From sequence record PQ850626.1: DNA of 64,000 nucleotides; one strand, written 5' to 3'. The translations under genes were made by a program, and so were the position numbers. The notes beneath the pieces were generated by a model. The model did no database searches. It saw only the letters and a list, made by a program, of their open reading frames with translations, and was not told the origin of the DNA. The DNA is from Escherichia phage SkaterBoy_Bas90. Below, one piece after another: positions 18,137 to 28,533 of this stretch (positions are counted from its first letter, which is position 1; every line of letters begins with the position of its first letter).

Positions 18137-19168
18137 ATGGCATATGGAATATGGACACAACCAGTAGGGCCGGGGCCAGCAACCCCCGCTCCCTTATTTA
18201 TTGATAGCGGAAGCACTTTCCCTCAGTTCAAGAATAGTATAAGAGGGAGTTTTAACTTTAATGGGGCTGGGAGATCTTTCCCTATTAGTGGATGGGATGG
18301 CAGTGGTCAGATAGTTATTGTTCCTACCGGTTCTTTATGCTGGCAATGGGAAGTCCCTCCTAACCTAGTTCCTGATGTTTATTGTGTGAATAACATCTAC
18401 GTAGAAAACAGTTCCTCTTTTAGAGTTACTCTGAATCAGAACCCCGGCAGTAACCCCTTATTTGACTGTGGGTTCAACGTATATCAAATATGGCCTAGAG
18501 CGGATAGGAATTACGGAATTACCTTTTCTAATACAGCAGACTACTTCTCGATATCTGATAGTGGGGTCGTCGGTCAATGTATTTGGGCTTGGCAGGGGAC
18601 TATAAACAATGCCCTCCAGATACCAAATATCGGTGGGTTCAATATGACCAATGCTGTTGTGTTTGCTAATTGGTCTGATGGAGGGATAGGACTGTCTTAT
18701 ACCTCTGATGACAGGGTTATTCGTGTTTATCAGAACAGACCTTACATAAACGGCAACACTAATGAGGGTGGTTCTGTGTTTGCTAGAGTTGCAGTATTCT
18801 GCAATGGAGCAGGAGTTCCGGAACATAATGGAGGTTTGAATATTTATTCTCCGGGTACCACGCAATGTGTCTTCTCTACTAACAGAACACCTTTCACTGT
18901 TGATACTTTTATAGGCTCAGGAGGTGGTAACACAGGAATGGCATACCCTATGATACCTCTTACCTCTGGAATAGGTGCGATAAAAGGCCAAGGCAGTGGA
19001 TGGAGATATCAGCAAATGAGATCTCACACAATGAGTGGCTCTAGCATAGGAACTGGCTATGGAAGGTATCTATTTCAGTGGGATCAAAATTACGACCTAG
19101 GGGCTGATACTGTAGTTAATTTGTCAGTTCCTGTAATAAATGCAGCTAAGGTTTTTGCTGGACTATAA
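18137..19168 (+). CDS. virion structural protein
   Basis: 343 aa, coupled to upstream gene. Confidence 0.45.
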   Translation: MAYGIWTQPVGPGPATPAPLFIDSGSTFPQFKNSIRGSFNFNGAGRSFPISGWDGSGQIVIVPTGSLCWQWEVPPNLVPDVYCVNNIYVENSSSFRVTLNQNPGSNPLFDCGFNVYQIWPRADRNYGITFSNTADYFSISDSGVVGQCIWAWQGTINNALQIPNIGGFNMTNAVVFANWSDGGIGLSYTSDDRVIRVYQNRPYINGNTNEGGSVFARVAVFCNGAGVPEHNGGLNIYSPGTTQCVFSTNRTPFTVDTFIGSGGGNTGMAYPMIPLTSGIGAIKGQGSGWRYQQMRSHTMSGSSIGTGYGRYLFQWDQNYDLGADTVVNLSVPVINAAKVFAGL

Positions 19169-19180
19169 CAAGGAGATATT

Positions 19181-19963
19181 ATGGCAATTAAAATGGGTAT
19201 TGAAGAACTAGACCCAATGGTTCAACAGGCTTCAAAGAAGTATGGGATTCCTGCTGCTTTGATTCATGCTGTAATCCAAAGGGAGTCTAGTGGTCGTCCT
19301 ACAGTGGCTTCTGGAACTGGTCCTGTAGGTTTAATGCAGATCAGTAAAGGATTGGCTAAAGACTACGGTTACAAACTAGAAGACAGACTTGACCCAGCAA
19401 AGAACATTGATATGGGTGCTCGTTATATTAGAGATAATTTAAAAGCTTTTAATGGTGATGTTAAGAAGGCGATGGTTGGTTACTCAGAAGGCATTGGTGG
19501 TGCTAAGCAAATGTTCGCTGGTAAAAAGGGATTTACACCTCAAGCCCTTGACTCAATGAACAACAAACACTTTCTTCCTTTCTATGGTGATGCAGCTTCT
19601 CAGATTGCTAACCCTGTTGGAGCTTTACAAGCTGTTCAACCAGTCAATCAGTTTAGTCCTGACTTGTTAGATAGAGAGAAGGCCGCACAAGCTCCAACTC
19701 AGGCAGACATTACTGCTTCTAAGACAGGTGCTTTAGGCGGAAATCCAGTAGAGTTTTACTCTGATGAAGCACAAGAAGGGGAAGATCAGAAGCCTCAACA
19801 GAACTTTGGTAATGCAGTATTAGGTGTAGCTGCTATGCTTGCTGGTAAACCTCCGACTTCTCAAACAGTTCAGAGGGCAAGTGCACCACATGCAGCAGGT
19901 TCTCAGTACAGTCCACAAACACAAGCAGTGCTCAGACGTTTGGCTAGCATTGGTGTAAAGTAA
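19181..19963 (+). CDS. lytic transglycosylase (SLT domain), likely virion-associated
   Basis: 'AVIQRESSGRPTVASGTGPVGLMQI' SLT catalytic-Glu region. Confidence 0.7.
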   Translation: MAIKMGIEELDPMVQQASKKYGIPAALIHAVIQRESSGRPTVASGTGPVGLMQISKGLAKDYGYKLEDRLDPAKNIDMGARYIRDNLKAFNGDVKKAMVGYSEGIGGAKQMFAGKKGFTPQALDSMNNKHFLPFYGDAASQIANPVGALQAVQPVNQFSPDLLDREKAAQAPTQADITASKTGALGGNPVEFYSDEAQEGEDQKPQQNFGNAVLGVAAMLAGKPPTSQTVQRASAPHAAGSQYSPQTQAVLRRLASIGVK

Positions 19964-19982
19964 TAATCTTTAAGGAGGACTT

Positions 19983-21035
19983 ATGTCTTTATTTGGAAAA
20001 TCAGCTTCTAGCAAAACCACAGTGGCCCCTTCCTCTCAGGTTGATGCCCTGCTGAAGCAGATTGTTGCTAATGCTCAGAATATGCAGAACAACGATCCGG
20101 GATTCATCTCCCAACAGCTGGCTGGGTTTAATGGCAACCAACAAGGTGCTCTGAACAACTTAGCAGCTTCTACTACTCAGAAGAAACTAGCTGATATGTA
20201 TACACCACGTACACAGCAAGGGTTGGACCAATTAAACGCTCTTGCCCAGCAGTATCAGAATATTGTTAATGGTGGTGGAGTAACAGCTGAAGGGGTTAAT
20301 AACTTTAGTAAAGGTTTGAATAACTCAGCCCTTGCACAAGCTACTAGCAAAGCAGCTTCTAATGTCTCTCTTGGCAATGGCTCTGACTCTGGCTCTCTCC
20401 GTAGGGCTGCGGCTCAAGGGGCTGCTTTGAATGGCGCTAACACTAACCTGTCTCGTACTATCAGTGGTAAGAATATGGGTGTAAGTGCTCTGCAACAAGA
20501 TCAGAACTTCCAGAGAGGGTTGCTTGGTGCTCAGTCTGGTTTAGCTGGACAGAACCTCAATCTTGGTGCTCAAGGCGTTCAGGCAACTCAACAAGCTATT
20601 CAGAATCAGCTGATGGCTGGTAATCTGCAACAGCAACAAGCTCAAGCTCAAGCTGATATTAATTGGCAGAACGCTATTGGCTCTCAGCAGTATGGGTGGA
20701 ATCAGCTTAACAACCAACTTAATGTATTAAATAGTGTAAGCCCAATGGCTGGGTATACAATTAAGAATGCTGCTCCGGGGGTTAATACTGGACAACAGCT
20801 CCTAGGTGCTGGTATCACTGGTTTAGGTATTGCAGGTCGTATGGGTGCTTTCTCTCCTAACCAACAGACTCAGAATGCTTGGAGTTCCTATAACAACTCA
20901 GGTGGGCAATCTGGAATGGCTGGTCCTATGATTGGAGGTTCTAATCTTTCTCAACAGAAAGGTCAGTCTAACTGGTTATCCACAGCAGGTAGTAATATCT
21001 TAGGTGGTGTCTTAGGGGCATTTGGAGCAAACTAA
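19983..21035 (+). CDS. internal virion protein (Q/N/G-rich)
   Basis: 350 aa low-complexity Q/N/G/A-rich. Confidence 0.45.
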   Translation: MSLFGKSASSKTTVAPSSQVDALLKQIVANAQNMQNNDPGFISQQLAGFNGNQQGALNNLAASTTQKKLADMYTPRTQQGLDQLNALAQQYQNIVNGGGVTAEGVNNFSKGLNNSALAQATSKAASNVSLGNGSDSGSLRRAAAQGAALNGANTNLSRTISGKNMGVSALQQDQNFQRGLLGAQSGLAGQNLNLGAQGVQATQQAIQNQLMAGNLQQQQAQAQADINWQNAIGSQQYGWNQLNNQLNVLNSVSPMAGYTIKNAAPGVNTGQQLLGAGITGLGIAGRMGAFSPNQQTQNAWSSYNNSGGQSGMAGPMIGGSNLSQQKGQSNWLSTAGSNILGGVLGAFGAN

Positions 21036-21047
21036 AGGAGATTTGAT

Positions 21048-22016
21048 ATGGGACTTTTCGGAGGCGGGGGTAGTAAAACTACTTCCCAAATGATTCGCCC
21101 TGAATACATTCAACAGTATATTGACCAGCTTAACCAACAGATTGGTAATACTAGTTCAGGGGATTATGTCTATCGTGACAATGTAGGGTTTAATAATAAT
21201 CAGACAGAGGCACTTAATAACCTAGCACAATCTGGCGCTTTGGGCACTCTCTCACAGCAATACATGGATGCAGCAGGTCAAGGGTTAGGGTATCTGGATA
21301 ATGCCTATAAAGGCTATCAGAGCCTTTCTGGACAAGGTGGGATTACTGGAGAACAGATTGGTGCTCTCGCTGGTCAACTGTATGATGATGACGCTGTGCA
21401 AGCAGCCATTACAGCTAACAATGAACAGGTTCAACAGAATCTAGCACGTAATGCTCTTCCTCAGTTAGCTCAACAATATGCGGGTCAGCAAGGTTCAGGT
21501 GCTCGTATGGCTAAATCTTTTGCCCAAGGTGATGCTCTGAATCAGATGCAAGGTCAAGCAACAGATATTACCAACAGTGCCTATAACTCGGCTATCAGCC
21601 AAGCTGAAAGCATCCTCTCTGGTAATAGACAGAATCAGGCAGCTGCTCTCTCTGGTCTTTCTAATATTGGTTCTAACCTTTCTAACCTAGGTCAGCAGGG
21701 TGCTAATTTGTCTCAACAGCAAATAATGAATCAATGGAATGCAGGGTTGCAGCAACAACAGCAACAACAGAATGAATATGATAATGCCTACCAGAATGCT
21801 CAGAACGCAGCTAATTGGGGATGGCAAGATATCAATAACCAACTCGGTGCAGCAGGTGTACTTAATGGTGCTCTCGGACAAACTACAACTACTAAAACAT
21901 CTGGTGGCAAAGGTGGTTTCCTTGGTGGAGCTATGAGTGGTGCAGCAGCTGGCTCTTCCTTTGGACCTTGGGGTGCATTAGCTGGGGGTGTAATCGGTGG
22001 GTTGGCTAGTACTTAA
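21048..22016 (+). CDS. internal virion protein (Q/N/G-rich, poly-Q)
   Basis: 322 aa, 'QQQQQQQNEYDNAYQNAQNAANWGWQ', Gly-rich C-terminus. Confidence 0.45.
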   Translation: MGLFGGGGSKTTSQMIRPEYIQQYIDQLNQQIGNTSSGDYVYRDNVGFNNNQTEALNNLAQSGALGTLSQQYMDAAGQGLGYLDNAYKGYQSLSGQGGITGEQIGALAGQLYDDDAVQAAITANNEQVQQNLARNALPQLAQQYAGQQGSGARMAKSFAQGDALNQMQGQATDITNSAYNSAISQAESILSGNRQNQAAALSGLSNIGSNLSNLGQQGANLSQQQIMNQWNAGLQQQQQQQNEYDNAYQNAQNAANWGWQDINNQLGAAGVLNGALGQTTTTKTSGGKGGFLGGAMSGAAAGSSFGPWGALAGGVIGGLAST

Positions 22017-22029
22017 TTAGGAGATAAAT

Positions 22030-23685
22030 ATGCAACAGACAACTTACGCTCAGGTCAGAAGTCGTGACCCGAGAAATACTTTCTATGGTGTTAATCCGGG
22101 AGCGGCTTCGGCCTCTCCTTATATGGCTAGACCTACTCAGACAGCAGATATTTCTATGTATCAACGTCCTGCTGTACCTTCATCTCTTGCGGGTCTTGTC
22201 TCTCAGGCAGAAGAAGATCAGAATGCTATGGTTAATCCGGGATTCCAGCAACGTCTTATGGAACAGCAGAATCAAGGAACTCCTACCAGTCTTCAGGGTA
22301 TTGATATTGGAGCACCGGCCCCTGTAGCAGCTAATCCTAACCTATCCACTGATCAAGGTTTACAGGATGCTGGGCTTATGCCTAGTGACCCTCTTCCGGT
22401 AACACCTCCTCCTAAACCACTAGAAGCTGGTCCTATGGAGTTTACTCCTTCTCAGGTGGAACAGGCACAGGGTGTGATTAACACTCTTGCTCAAGGACAA
22501 GACACTGGTGATGGAATGGCTGCTGCTACTCGTGCTAAAGATCAGGAACGTGTTAACAACGATATCTTGCAAGTTGCGAAAGCTAAAGACCCTTCAGAAG
22601 CTTGGAACAAATTACAGAAAGAACCATTCTATCAGAACTCTAGTTTCTACACAGGTTTGATGGGTGTAGGTCTTTCAATCATGTCAGGTAAGTCTCCTAT
22701 CGAAGCTTTCCAGATTGGTCAGGGAATGGCTAATCAAGATGAGACTAAGAAGCAACTGGAAGCTAACCGTGATGCTCTGATTGAACAAGGCTTCTCTCAA
22801 GACTCGATCGCAGCTGCTATTGCTAACGGAGACCCGTCTCTACTGAAGATGAGAGCTGTAGACCCTGCTCAGAAAGAAGCGTTGTATGCTGCTCGTGAAG
22901 AACGACAAAATGCTGAATGGGATAGACGTCAACAGATTCAAGAGCAAACTATGCGTGAGCGTGCTGATGAAACTCGTCGTGCCGCTGAAGAAAGGGCTAA
23001 CATGAACTTTGAACGTCAGAAAGAGTTGATTGGTTATCGTGATAAAGTTAAGGCTGAACGTGCTGAACAAGCTGCTCAGAGTTTTAACTTTAACCCGAAA
23101 GAAGTTCGTCTTGCTCAGAATACAGCTGAAGGTACGGTTGCTAAGCAGTGGGCAGAGAAAGGTGGCCTGTTTAACCAGTCTAACAAAGACTTGGATTTGG
23201 CTGATAAGGCTGTTAAGGATAAAGACTATCAGACAGCTCGTTCTGCTTACATGCAGGCTATCATGAACTCCGCAAGGGCTGAAATCGGTGCTACTCGTTC
23301 TCTTACCGAAGAAGACTTGGGGCACTTTGCAGAAGACCCATCAATCTTCGTTCGTGTTGGCAACAAGTTTGCGCTGAAATCTGGATGGCGTCCTACTGAT
23401 TCTGCTCTTGCTTATGCTCGTAAGCAAGCTAATGTTGGTCACACCTCTGCAATGAAAGGTGTTGCTGATGCTAAGAGAGCTACGATTGAAGCTTACATCG
23501 GTTCTGGTATGGATAAGAAGAGAGCTACTGCATTGGTTAACCGTGCAATCCCTTCTGGTGGTTTCTATGACCCTCTAGGTGTTTTCTCTGAACAAGCAGA
23601 AGAAGCAGTTGGTGGTGCAGCAACCAATCCTAAGCTTAATGGTGCTTTATCAGCTGTCGAAGACACTAGCTGGTTTACTCAATAA
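22030..23685 (+). CDS. internal virion protein
   Basis: 551 aa, position between fibres and large ejection-like protein. Confidence 0.45.
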   Translation: MQQTTYAQVRSRDPRNTFYGVNPGAASASPYMARPTQTADISMYQRPAVPSSLAGLVSQAEEDQNAMVNPGFQQRLMEQQNQGTPTSLQGIDIGAPAPVAANPNLSTDQGLQDAGLMPSDPLPVTPPPKPLEAGPMEFTPSQVEQAQGVINTLAQGQDTGDGMAAATRAKDQERVNNDILQVAKAKDPSEAWNKLQKEPFYQNSSFYTGLMGVGLSIMSGKSPIEAFQIGQGMANQDETKKQLEANRDALIEQGFSQDSIAAAIANGDPSLLKMRAVDPAQKEALYAAREERQNAEWDRRQQIQEQTMRERADETRRAAEERANMNFERQKELIGYRDKVKAERAEQAAQSFNFNPKEVRLAQNTAEGTVAKQWAEKGGLFNQSNKDLDLADKAVKDKDYQTARSAYMQAIMNSARAEIGATRSLTEEDLGHFAEDPSIFVRVGNKFALKSGWRPTDSALAYARKQANVGHTSAMKGVADAKRATIEAYIGSGMDKKRATALVNRAIPSGGFYDPLGVFSEQAEEAVGGAATNPKLNGALSAVEDTSWFTQ

Positions 23686-23703
23686 GACCTAAGTCCTGCC
23701 TTC

Positions 23704-23716
23704 TATAATGTATATA
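23704..23716 (+). promoter_or_regulatory. TATAATGTATATA motif, candidate promoter for 23753 gene
   Basis: contains exact TATAAT; ~37 nt upstream of ATG 23753. Confidence 0.35.
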
Positions 23717-23752
23717 GGGGGTAGGACATTTTTATTTATAAAAGGAGACGTT

Positions 23753-26700
23753 ATGGCTAACATTAAACCGTGGGAAGAAGCTTCCAAAGCTCCTGCGTAT
23801 CTGAATGCCTCTCCGGAGCAACAAGCTCAAATGAGAGAACAATATAAGGCAGCAGGTGGCTCTATTCCTGAGGAACAACCAGTAGCACAACCACAACAAG
23901 AAGAACGTGGTGCTATAGGTGAGTTTGCTCAAGGTGTGTCAAATGCTCTTCAATCTGGTGGTGCAAATATTGCAGCTAGTGCTGCTAAAGGTATTGGTGG
24001 TTTAGTTGAGATTGGTGAGAATCTAGCTGGAGCACAAACTAGTTATGGTAAGCGTATCCAAGAGAACTCTCAGAACCTTCTGAAAGAACGTATGGATAAG
24101 ATTGAGGATGGGATTGGTAAAACTGTTGGTCAGTATGCTGGTGTTGCTGGTGATATCGGTTTGACAGTTGCTAACCCATTGGCTGCTGCTGCTATCATCG
24201 CAGGTCGTGAGACAGGTCGTGCATATGCAGACCAAACCCCTGAAGAGGGAGAAGATAAGTCTATTCTAGATGCAGCGTTAGTTGGTGGTGCTAACTATGC
24301 GGCTCAGAGAATCCTTCCGGGTGCTGTTGGTACAGCTGAGTCCACACTTGGACGTATTGGTCAGAACGTTGCTAGTAACGCAGTGGCTGGTGCTAAAGGT
24401 GGTGCTCTTGTGGGTGCTGCTGAAGCTCAGAATAAGCACGGAGATGACACAACATTTGCTAATGTATTAGAAGGTGCTATCGAAGAAGGTGCTATGGGTG
24501 CTGCATTCGGTGGTGCAGTTGGTGGGGTTCATGGTTTGATTAGCCGTCCGGATTCTGCTGTCTTCAAGAATACTCCAGAGTATGCGAAGACTGATATTGC
24601 TGCTGATGATGAACTAATTCGTAGTGCTAAGAATATTGATGAACTGAAAGAAGCTTACTCTAAAGCTGAAACTGCTAACGCTGCTTCTGCTCTTAACCTT
24701 CTGGATGAGAATGGATTCCGTATTACAGATGCTGTTGCTGTAGATTCTCCTGCCGCTCAGCGTATTCTTAATACTGACCAAGCTCGTGCTGAGAAAGCTG
24801 CTTCCGTTCAGAAAGAACATTCCAACATTCCGGGCCTCAACCCTTTAGCTTCTCCTGCTAAGACTCGTGGTAAAGCATTCGCTGATAACGAGCACAACCA
24901 GAAGCAGGCTGTTGCTATGAAGGATGCAATGGCTGACTACACCAAAGACAACACGAAAGCTCTTACAGATGTTCTAGATAATCTAGACCGTGAATTAACC
25001 TCTCTCCGAGCTTCTGGTGATTTTACTGGTAGTCCGATTGATATTAAGAACCGTACACAAGCTGACCGTGATTTCATTGATGCTTACAAGACTTTCTACA
25101 ATGAAGCAAATCGATTCAAAGCTCGTGATGGTGAAGACTTTAATAACTTTGTAGAGAAAGCTGCTGAACTACAGAAGATGGCTGATAATGTTTCTCCAGA
25201 GATGAAGAAAGCTATCGGTGGGTTGAAGAAACTGAAAGGTATGCCTGAAGGTTTTAATCCTATTCAAGATGCTTACACTCTGAACAATACAGCTAAGTTC
25301 ATGAGCAATCAAGACCGTGGTTGGACTTCCCTGACTGATGATGGATTCCGTGAGGCTTCTTCACCTAGTCTGGTAATGAACACTCTTGGTGCTGCTAAGT
25401 ATGCTCTGAATCGCTTCTCTTCTCAGCGTGCTCGCTCTCAACGTGTTAAGCAACAAGAATCTAACAGCGAAGCTATCCGCTCTCTTGCTCGTGGTGATTT
25501 GGAAGTTGCTCGTGCTAAATCTACTGCTGATGAAGCTCGTGCTAAAATGGAAGAAGAACCAGTTGTTGATGACATTAAATTTAAGACGCAAAATGACGTG
25601 GAAACCGAACCGGTTCGGGAGCCTTCTTCTAGTACTGTGACGGAAGAAAATCTTCCTTCTTCTGCTCCTCAAGAAACTCCTCTTACAGCTCGTGATTTAG
25701 TTGCGCAAAGACGCGCTATCCGTCAGGCTGAACAGCGTCGCGCTGAAGAAGAGGCATTGGCTGCTCAAGAAGCTCCGGTCGAACAAACTCCACAGGCTGA
25801 ACCTCTCCCTGCTCGTAACCCTCTAGAGGAGCGTCGTGCAATGGAACAGCAACGTGCTCAAGAAGAGGCCGCACAGGCTCCAGAACCAACCGTAGAGGAA
25901 CCAACAGTCAAAGCTGAGCCATTACCTGCTCGTGCTCCTAAAGCTCCTAAGGAAGCTGTACAGGACGTTAAACCGGCAAGTGGTGTAGAGCGTTTAGCTG
26001 CTATGTCAAGTGCTGCTCGTCAGGCTACTAAAGATCGTGCAGAACGCTTTGCTCGTTCTCTGTACTCTAAGGCTGCTAAAGCTAAAGCTACTGCTGAAAA
26101 CTTCTTGGCTTATAAAGGTGATCCTAAGGAATTGATGCGTCGTATCCGTCAGGAAGACAATGCTATCAACACTGAACGTCATGAAGAAATGGCTCGTAAC
26201 CAGCTGGCTTCTCAGCAAGGTATTGCTACTGCTAAGAACAACACTGTACGAACTAATTTTGCTGAATGGGTTAAAGAACGTGGTCTGCCAGAAGATATTG
26301 CCACTAAGGCATTACGTGCTGAAGAGAAAGGCTTAGGTGGGAACGTAACTAACTTAGATAGTCTGAAACGTCGTGCTGAAAGGTTGTATCAGAAGCAGCG
26401 TGAGGATGAGTTTGATAGGCTATATCAACAAGCTCTTGAAGAGAACAAAGCTTTCGATAATAAGAATGCCCCTAAGCTGGTTGACCAGAAGAAAGAGCTT
26501 CAGTCTGAGATTGATGCTTTGATTGATTCAGAACCTTTACGTCCTGCTCAGAAAGATGCTATGCGTAAGCTGATGAATGACTTTGTAGATGGGAAGTTTA
26601 AATCTTCAGAGAAGGCTGGTAGGGAAGAGGCTTTGGAAGTTGGTCAGATGAAGGATATTTGGGATGGGTTTATTAACACCTACAACAGAGAAGTGAATGC

Positions 26701-28174
26701 CTTCAACAAAGCTAACAAGAACTCTCAGTACGAAGCTGCTGCTAAGCACTTACAGGCTCGTGAAGAACGTCTTGCTACCCTCAGGAAAAAGGCTCAGGCT
26801 CGTTCAGATGCTAAGGCTGCTGTTGAGAATGAACGTAAAACTCTAGAGGCTATTGCAGCTCAGAAGAGTGAGATTGAGAAGATGATGGAAGGTTTACCTA
26901 AACCTGTTCGTGAGGCTCAGGAATCTCGTACATTGAAACAGTTAGCTGCTCACCATGACAAGAACTCTCCAGTTCCTCCAGAGAAGTTCCGTAGTTACAT
27001 TGAACGTATCCATAACGCCGAGTCAGATTACCTTGATCGTCAGCGTCGTTTAACTGATGCAGAGGAAGATGCTCGTCAGGCCAAGTGGAACAAGATGTAT
27101 GAGCAAGCGGAAGAGATGAACCGTAAGTTTGATGTGGACAAGAGAGTTAAGCGCAGTGAAGAGCTTAAAGCGGCCCAAGAGCGTGAGAATGACCTTATGG
27201 CAGTACAACGTCAACGTGATGACATTCATCGCCGCCTGATGCGTACTATGGAAGATAAGGGCATATCTAGAGAGGATGCTGAAGCGTTTGCTGGTTCCTA
27301 TATGGACAACCGTTATGCACTTCTTGAGAAACCTATGACTCCTACTGAACATCAGAATGCTCGTTCTCGTATCGAAGCTGATGTTGAGAAGTTCGCTAAG
27401 AAGTACGAATCAATGACTCCTATTGAGAAAGAGATTGTTAAGGTTACTGGAGATACTGAAGGTAAGCTTGATAACTTGGATGCAGATACTAGGAAGGCTA
27501 TTGAGGAGGCTCAGAAGGTTGACTCTGATATTAAGAAACTGCAAGAGGAAGAGTTGGAGATGGAGAAGATTCGTTCTGCTCTGCCTGATGATGAAAGATC
27601 TCAAGCAAATTCTGATATCTTGGAAAGCATTAAACAACAGGAAGAGGTCTTTGCTGATAAAGTAGAGAAAGCTTTCTTGAGTGGGAAGAGCTTGGATGAG
27701 TTGGCTAGTGTGGCTGAAGTTTTAGACAGGGTTCATGGTGCAGATAAGGCTGGTAACAACCGTCGCTTTGTACGTGCATTGCAGACTGCTGCTGAAAACA
27801 AGAAGAAGTATGGTGATAATCCAGTAGCTTGGTTTAGTGCTGATGATTACTCTGCCATTGCTAAACTTGGTGCTTCTTCCGCAGGTGGTAACAAATCCAG
27901 AGCACTGGAGAAGATCTTTGGTTCTACAGCTGAACAGGCTAAGAGTAAGTTGCTTGGTAGGGATGATGTAGCGAAGATGAGACATGTGATTGAAGAGAAC
28001 CCTGATATTAAGATTCCTTCTTACAAGACAACGAATCGTACTGAGTACTTGCAGTTCTTGGAGAAGTTTAATGACGAAGGGAAGCCGAAGATTAAACGTG
28101 GCTCATTATCAGAGAAGCTTGAACGCAGTAAGCGTCAATCGAGACTCCGTGTAAGAGTTCGACCTAAGGAGTGA
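23753..28174 (+). CDS. large internal virion/ejection protein
   Basis: track ORF 23708-28174; start moved to ATG 23753 (SD AAAGGAG); 1473 aa, A/E/K/R-rich coiled coil, internal repeats 'AEPLPAR'. Confidence 0.55.
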   Translation: MANIKPWEEASKAPAYLNASPEQQAQMREQYKAAGGSIPEEQPVAQPQQEERGAIGEFAQGVSNALQSGGANIAASAAKGIGGLVEIGENLAGAQTSYGKRIQENSQNLLKERMDKIEDGIGKTVGQYAGVAGDIGLTVANPLAAAAIIAGRETGRAYADQTPEEGEDKSILDAALVGGANYAAQRILPGAVGTAESTLGRIGQNVASNAVAGAKGGALVGAAEAQNKHGDDTTFANVLEGAIEEGAMGAAFGGAVGGVHGLISRPDSAVFKNTPEYAKTDIAADDELIRSAKNIDELKEAYSKAETANAASALNLLDENGFRITDAVAVDSPAAQRILNTDQARAEKAASVQKEHSNIPGLNPLASPAKTRGKAFADNEHNQKQAVAMKDAMADYTKDNTKALTDVLDNLDRELTSLRASGDFTGSPIDIKNRTQADRDFIDAYKTFYNEANRFKARDGEDFNNFVEKAAELQKMADNVSPEMKKAIGGLKKLKGMPEGFNPIQDAYTLNNTAKFMSNQDRGWTSLTDDGFREASSPSLVMNTLGAAKYALNRFSSQRARSQRVKQQESNSEAIRSLARGDLEVARAKSTADEARAKMEEEPVVDDIKFKTQNDVETEPVREPSSSTVTEENLPSSAPQETPLTARDLVAQRRAIRQAEQRRAEEEALAAQEAPVEQTPQAEPLPARNPLEERRAMEQQRAQEEAAQAPEPTVEEPTVKAEPLPARAPKAPKEAVQDVKPASGVERLAAMSSAARQATKDRAERFARSLYSKAAKAKATAENFLAYKGDPKELMRRIRQEDNAINTERHEEMARNQLASQQGIATAKNNTVRTNFAEWVKERGLPEDIATKALRAEEKGLGGNVTNLDSLKRRAERLYQKQREDEFDRLYQQALEENKAFDNKNAPKLVDQKKELQSEIDALIDSEPLRPAQKDAMRKLMNDFVDGKFKSSEKAGREEALEVGQMKDIWDGFINTYNREVNAFNKANKNSQYEAAAKHLQAREERLATLRKKAQARSDAKAAVENERKTLEAIAAQKSEIEKMMEGLPKPVREAQESRTLKQLAAHHDKNSPVPPEKFRSYIERIHNAESDYLDRQRRLTDAEEDARQAKWNKMYEQAEEMNRKFDVDKRVKRSEELKAAQERENDLMAVQRQRDDIHRRLMRTMEDKGISREDAEAFAGSYMDNRYALLEKPMTPTEHQNARSRIEADVEKFAKKYESMTPIEKEIVKVTGDTEGKLDNLDADTRKAIEEAQKVDSDIKKLQEEELEMEKIRSALPDDERSQANSDILESIKQQEEVFADKVEKAFLSGKSLDELASVAEVLDRVHGADKAGNNRRFVRALQTAAENKKKYGDNPVAWFSADDYSAIAKLGASSAGGNKSRALEKIFGSTAEQAKSKLLGRDDVAKMRHVIEENPDIKIPSYKTTNRTEYLQFLEKFNDEGKPKIKRGSLSEKLERSKRQSRLRVRVRPKE

Positions 28175-28182
28175 TAAAAGAA

Positions 28183-28208
28183 AAGCCCCAACCGAAAGGA
28201 AGGGGCTT
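28183..28208. terminator. bidirectional terminator at convergence of late (+) and early (-) blocks
   Basis: AAGCCCC...GGGGCTT hairpin flanked by A-rich 5' and T-rich 3' tracts. Confidence 0.65.
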
Positions 28209-28363
28209 TATTTGTTTCTAAGTTTTAAAAACCATCAAATTCGTCATACATCCCAATTCTCTTCAGAAGTCTGGATGTTCATCTTCAAAGCATCCTGAGA
28301 TGCCTCCGTAGAACCAATCTGATTTATTGCCAAGAATGACAACTTCTTCATTCATATACCCTC

Positions 28364-28525
28364 CTAGATTGTGTTTATAAAATTAGTAAGTTTCTCTTCA
28401 CTTTCATCAAAAGCTTTTCCAGCTGCTTCCATCTCCCAAGTATCGGCATTGTCAATAAAGCTCTGAGCTTCTAATAGGTCGTGGATTAAGTCGAAGAGTT
28501 TATTTTTATCTGCTTGTGTGATCAT
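28364..28525 (-). CDS. small acidic hypothetical protein (53 aa)
   Basis: hand-translated MITQADKNKLFDLIHDLLEAQSFIDNADTWEMEAAGKAFDESEEKLTNFINTI; SD AGGAA. Confidence 0.3.
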   Translation of the reverse strand: MITQADKNKLFDLIHDLLEAQSFIDNADTWEMEAAGKAFDESEEKLTNFINTI

Positions 28526-28533
28526 GTCAGTTC

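Noticed and set aside
23708-23752. ATG at 23708 as start of the 1488-aa ORF
   Set aside because: This ATG is part of the TATAATGTATATA promoter-like motif and has no SD; the ATG at 23753 has SD AAAGGAG and is preferred.
28326-28355. 30-aa ORF with strong SD (TAGGAGGGTAT-ATG) near the bidirectional terminator
   Set aside because: Too short to call without expression evidence.
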